From NCBI GenBank assembly GCA_010093605.1, contig MU004181.1, positions 3,720,001 to 3,784,000 of the forward strand: a stretch of 64,000 bases of DNA. Direction: 5' to 3'. The stretch is from Lophium mytilinum. Its lineage: Eukaryota. How positions within the stretch are numbered: the first letter of the stretch is position 1; each line of letters starts with the position of its first letter. The notes under the pieces are model-generated. The model ran no database searches and was not told the DNA's origin. It saw nothing but the letters and a program-made list of their open reading frames with translations. The translations under genes were made by a program, and so were the position numbers. Below, in pieces: positions 62,161 through 64,000 of this stretch.

Positions 62161-63432
62161 TTAGCACACATCCTCCACCTCTACCGCCTCGCCGCTTCGC
62201 GGTCCTATATCTGAGCGTAGGACGCGGCCGAAGAGCTCGGTCAGCATGTTGAAGCAGATGCCCGCGATCGGGGGGTCGTAGCGGCCTTTGCTTAGTTCGT
62301 CGCGGATGAAGGCATCTGTAGTCATGTATCGTCAGCATGAGTGACAGAGAGTAGCCGTCGAAGTGATAACGGCATGAAAGACTTGGGATAGGGTTTGCTT
62401 ACGCTGTGCCCATGCCACCTCGTAGAAGGAGAACGTCAAGCCAGCGTCGTGGAGCGTCTTGCGGATGAGATCGCGACCAGCGGGTGGGACGTGGTTGTCT
62501 AGTTTGCCAAAGATCTGTAGGGTCACGCTCATCAGTATCGGTTCACATTACATGCCTCATATAACACTTTTGAGAGTAGTAGTCTCGGCTCACCATCACC
62601 AGTTCCCCCTTGATGTCCCCAGCACGCGCCAAACTGTCGTCGTTCTTCCCCGCACCTAGACTCTTCGAGTGCATGTCCGTCGCGAAGTAACACACCGCGG
62701 CAGAGACTCTCTTGTCTAGTGCAGCGCGGTACGCGAGGTGGCCGCCTAGGCACATACCTGCAGCGCCGATGCGGCCGGTGCAGGTCGGAAGGGAGACGAG
62801 ATGGTCGATGCTGAGGGTCGCATCTTCGTCGTACGCGGAGACTTTCTTCTTGATCTTCCACTCGTTGCCGGCATCTGTACCGGGGCCGTCGTAGGCGAGG
62901 GCTTCCGGGCCTGTGAACTCGTGGTAGGAGGAGGGTGCTACGGCGATGTAGCCTTGGCCAGCGATTTGGCGGCAGAAGCGTGCGACGGGGCCGGTGACTA
63001 GAGAGGGGCGTGAGGTCAGGTTGTGATGGAAGATGTAGCGAACGAGATGTGATCTTCCTTTAAAAGTGGAATTTGAGAAATGGAAAGGAGTTCTTATGAA
63101 TACTTTAATGCTGACAGACAGGAAAGTTATAGTGCGAGATGTATACTGTCACGTAAACTAAGAGTGGTGGATCTTGTAATACTCTTCTTTTCGATATAGA
63201 CAAGGAGGGAGGAGACATAGAAGAGAACTCGGAACTACCTCATACCTTGATAGATCTCACTGAAGACAACGACTCCTGGGAATTTAGCCTTTGGGTAGTT
63301 TGCAATTGTTGGATGGAACACGAAAAGCCCTAGTCATTTTCAGAAAGACACGGAATGTCACGGATGAATCGGCCTACGCATATCCCCTCCAGCCTGGGTG
63401 GCAATATCGACGTGTGACTCTTGAATAAGCAT
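62161..63432 (-). CDS. Dienelactone hydrolase family protein, multi-exon
   Basis: MLIQESHVD, FSEIYQ|VTGPVARF, GMCLGG nucleophile, FG.LDNHVP and HAFIRDELSKGRYDP..EDVC*. Confidence 0.92.
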
Positions 63433-64000
63433 CTTGATATAGCCTTCCTGTTCCTTATTTTGAAAGTTGAGCTGGCGGAGGAGCAGAGACGAAGCTTGTG
63501 GTGAAATTGAGACGATGTCTAAAGCGGAAGTGGAGCTACGGTGGACGATGAGAGCCAACCTTCTTTTCAGTAGAACTAGGCGCGCCCCTCCGTGCCCTTC
63601 TGCAACTCAGACGTCAGATCTAACTCCGCACAAAGCCATACCGGGCGTCCTTTAATCTCAGAATACGTGAGGAGATGAGAGCTAATAACAAGCGTATCAT
63701 CCGCAATCTCCGTCTCGCAGAGGATTATGACAAAGTTCCTTGGTATGCGTGCAATGCACCCCTTCAGTCAGGTCAGTTTTGACCCATTCAGAACACACGA
63801 AACAGTGTCGATTCTAAGAACAGCATCTTTGACATCTGGACATGTTTGTAGGCCCCCAAAATGGCTAGCACAGGGGCCAAAGTCAGCCGCCCTGCAGCTC
63901 GCTCCTCAAGCTCACGATGGCTTAGGCCGCCCTTCAGCCGCACATGCTAACAGCACCGGCTTCACGCCACTATATGAGAGGATCTCCGGTCCCCTTCCTT

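Noticed and set aside
1..64000. tRNA, rRNA, CRISPR arrays, telomeric arrays
   Set aside because: None recognised by eye; tRNAscan-SE and Rfam would be needed to exclude small ncRNAs

Overview
This is genomic DNA from a filamentous ascomycete: short GT/GC-AG introns with CTRAC branch points, a Zn2Cys6 transcription factor and RIP-like transitions in repeats. About 20 protein genes are present. Conserved housekeeping genes are an Flc/Pkd2 TRP-like channel, a TBC RabGAP, a WKF-domain nucleolar protein, proteasome alpha-1 (SCL1), MAG2/RNF10, UBP3 and a dienelactone hydrolase. Metabolic genes are a YVTN beta-propeller, a DszA/NtaA monooxygenase, a PAQR protein, a histidine acid phosphatase, a Zn2Cys6 TF with an MFS transporter, an Egt2-like PLP lyase, a ketopantoate reductase-like protein and a DHA1 MFS transporter. 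Two accessory stretches interrupt these genes. The first (about 17-27 kb) holds an intact three-gene module: a protein kinase with a possible PB1-like N-terminus, a CorA-like two-TM protein lacking the GMN motif, and a divergently transcribed 73-aa microprotein visible only after splicing through a GC-AG intron. A possible decayed HET-domain gene lies beside it, and the module is the best candidate for an undescribed nonself-recognition or cell-death system. The second (about 37.5-41.6 kb) is a transposon graveyard with a pogo-type MITE, inverted copia-like LTRs around a gag fragment, and a duplicated host promoter. MAG2 and UBP3, homologues of an antagonistic 40S ubiquitin writer and eraser, sit head-to-head. 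All calls come from motif recognition by eye; no database searches were run, and exon boundaries are manual inferences.
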